Below, in pieces: positions 62,153 through 64,000 of a stretch of DNA of 64,000 nucleotides; position 1 is the first letter of the stretch; each line of letters opens with the position of its first letter. The DNA comes from Verrucomicrobiota bacterium (GTDB lineage Bacteria > Verrucomicrobiota > Verrucomicrobiia > Limisphaerales > Palsa-1400). The position numbers were made by a program, and so were the translations under genes. The notes beneath the pieces were generated by a model. It ran no database searches and had not been told where the DNA came from. It saw only the letters and a program-made list of their open reading frames with translations. Location of the stretch: NCBI GenBank assembly GCA_049510745.1, contig JBEKYR010000002.1, positions 1 to 64,000 on the forward strand, in the 5' to 3' direction.

Positions 62153-62260
62153 GAATGATTGCGCACAGAACCGCTTGTGTCGAGCAGGAAAGGTGAATGT
62201 AGGGCAACCGGAGAATTCTGCGGCAGCTCATCGGCGGTCGTGGTCGGGCGATTTAACGGC

Positions 62261-62968
62261 TCACCGCTTCTCGTTGTAACTCCTTTGACTGTATTTCGCG
62301 GCGCGAAGTTCTTCGGTGAGATTCTGCAACTCAGCGGCGATCTCCAGCGGTTCCCATTCGATCGCAAACTCCTCCCGCGCGGCCTGGCACATCGCCGTTT
62401 CCCAACTCTCCCGCGCCAAGCCGAGGGGCGGGGGCTGCACTGAGCCTTGCACCAGCAATCCGTGGCGCGTCCGGCGTTGCGCCGCGCCCGCTATCTTGCG
62501 TCCGTGCCACAGCACGTCGTCCTTCTCCGCCCCGGCGAAACATTGTCCTGGTATTTCTTTTTGACTCCCCGGAGACAAAACCGCGGCCACGTTCATTTTC
62601 GCGAAGGCGGCGCGCACCCATTGGTGGACCCGTTGATAGCTTTCCACCGCCTTGAGCCGATGCCAGAAGTGGCCCGCCGGAAAAACCAGGCTGTAGGTCC
62701 AATCGGCGTCGTGCGGCACCAATCCGCCGCCGGTGGGCCGCCGCACCAGCGGGCGCAACAGCGTCAGCTTTTCAACGTCCGCGTATTTTTGCGCGTAACC
62801 GAACGTCGCGGCGGATTCCTTCCAGCCGTAAAATCGCAGGACGGGCCGGCCCAGCTCCGGCGCGGATTCCAGCAGGGCCTCGTCCAGCGCCATGTTGTAA
62901 TCGGCGGCGTTTTTGCCTTGCCGCAACAAGTGCCAGACGGCGGCTGTGGGTTTTTCGTCCGTCGCCAT
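62261..62968 (-). CDS. Lipoate-protein ligase A / octanoyltransferase family
   Basis: NMALDEALL, LRFYGW, VRRPTGGG, RKIAGAAQ. Confidence 0.88.
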   Translation of the reverse strand: MATDEKPTAAVWHLLRQGKNAADYNMALDEALLESAPELGRPVLRFYGWKESAATFGYAQKYADVEKLTLLRPLVRRPTGGGLVPHDADWTYSLVFPAGHFWHRLKAVESYQRVHQWVRAAFAKMNVAAVLSPGSQKEIPGQCFAGAEKDDVLWHGRKIAGAAQRRTRHGLLVQGSVQPPPLGLARESWETAMCQAAREEFAIEWEPLEIAAELQNLTEELRAAKYSQRSYNEKR

Positions 62969-62969
62969 T

Positions 62970-63674
62970 CTAAATCCGCGCCAGCATCTTCTGGCGCTGC
63001 TCCGGCGTCAGTTTGGGGTCCAAAACTTTGCGGCCGGCGGGACAGTCCGCGTTGATCTCGCAACCGGCGCAATCCGGGCTGCGCGCGAAACAGCGCCGCC
63101 GTCCGTGCCAGATCAGCCAATGGCTCAAGAGCGTCCAATTCTCTTGCGGCGCCAGCGCCTGCAAGTCGGCTTCGATCTTCTCCGGCCCGGTGTGCGCGCT
63201 CAAACCCAGCCGGGCGGACAAACGCGCCACGTGCGTATCGACCACGATCCCGGCGTTGATCTGAAAGGCGTTGCCCAGCACGACGTTGGCCGTCTTGCGT
63301 CCGACTCCGCCCAACTCAGTCAACTCTTCCATCGTGCGCGGCACGGCGCCGCCGTGTTTCTCGACCAATGTGCGGCAGGCGGCTTGAATATTCTTGGCCT
63401 TGTTGCGGTAAAGGCCGATGCGCCGAATATCCCCTTCCAATTGCGCGAGAGGCGCGCCGGCATAATCCGCCGCGCTCCGGTATTTTTTGAAAAGCTCGGG
63501 CGTCACGAGGTTGACCTGGCGGTCGGTGCATTGCGCGGAAAGGATGGTGGCGATGAGCAATTCCAAGGGGCTGGAATAATCCAACTCGCAATGCGCCTGC
63601 GGATACGCGGCCTTGAGGCGGGCCATGATCCGTTGCGCGCGCAGCCGGCGGTTTTCAAGAGTTTCGCGGGCCAT
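62970..63674 (-). CDS. nth: Endonuclease III
   Basis: LSAQCTD, LGGVGRKTANVV (HhH), VDTHV, C-x6-C-x2-C-x5-C. Confidence 0.96.
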   Translation of the reverse strand: MARETLENRRLRAQRIMARLKAAYPQAHCELDYSSPLELLIATILSAQCTDRQVNLVTPELFKKYRSAADYAGAPLAQLEGDIRRIGLYRNKAKNIQAACRTLVEKHGGAVPRTMEELTELGGVGRKTANVVLGNAFQINAGIVVDTHVARLSARLGLSAHTGPEKIEADLQALAPQENWTLLSHWLIWHGRRRCFARSPDCAGCEINADCPAGRKVLDPKLTPEQRQKMLARI

Positions 63675-63675
63675 G

Positions 63676-63966
63676 CTAAAACAATCCCTTAGTGTTGATG
63701 AAGAGACTAAAGATGCCCGCCTGCGCGGCGACGTATAAAAACTGCGCCCTCACCGCCATCGAAAAGTGCGGATGCGTCCAGATGGAGTGCGACACATCGG
63801 GTGTCGTATCGTCCAGGTGATAATCATCCGGGGGTTTGATGTCCGAGATGTAAGCGAAGTAAAACGCCACCGCGAGAACCAGCGCCACGACGGCTACGAT
63901 GATGTAAGGGATATAAAACAGAATAAATCCCGTGCGGAACAGCCCCAACAACGGCGAGGACTTCAT
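63676..63966 (-). pseudogene. Internal fragment of a FucP-like MFS sugar permease
   Basis: IPYIIVAVVALVLA..HPHF..AQFLYVAAQAGIFSLFIN, a central-loop/TM7 segment without the rest of the protein. Confidence 0.6.
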
Positions 63967-64000
63967 AACCCTGTCGAGTGCAACTGGTGAGGGCGTAATC

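Overview
High-GC bacterial chromosomal segment, most likely Verrucomicrobiota subdivision 3 (Pedosphaera/Limisphaera-like), inferred from a VPDSG-CTERM protein, GloVer repeats, the FtsZ tail and the dnaK-groES-groEL order. Core content: glnB-glnA (glnA start frameshifted by a 10-bp duplication), pepF, a dcw cluster (mraZ to ftsZ) lacking murC, murD and murE, queA, pduO, tRNA-Leu(GAG), panC, an ABC efflux operon, hisJ-type phosphatase, mgtA, rpsA, lptF, a polyprenyl synthase, an ECF sigma/anti-sigma pair, DUF2339/DUF3999-like genes, mnmG with a perfect internal parS, dnaK-groES-groEL, lplA-like and nth. Accessory patches: a lower-GC three-gene operon (helical protein, HExxH zincin-like protein, trimeric-type dCTP deaminase), which is the best candidate for an undescribed anti-phage system; an ABC-ATPase + TOPRIM pair; an internally deleted IS1-like element with passenger genes; a decayed integron-like locus after groEL; HigBA and other TA-like modules; several gene relics. 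Regulatory signals read directly from the sequence: MraZ boxes and tandem DnaA boxes at the dcw promoter, and sigma54 promoters before dnaK and the VPDSG-CTERM gene. All family assignments are by motif recognition only; no database searches were run.
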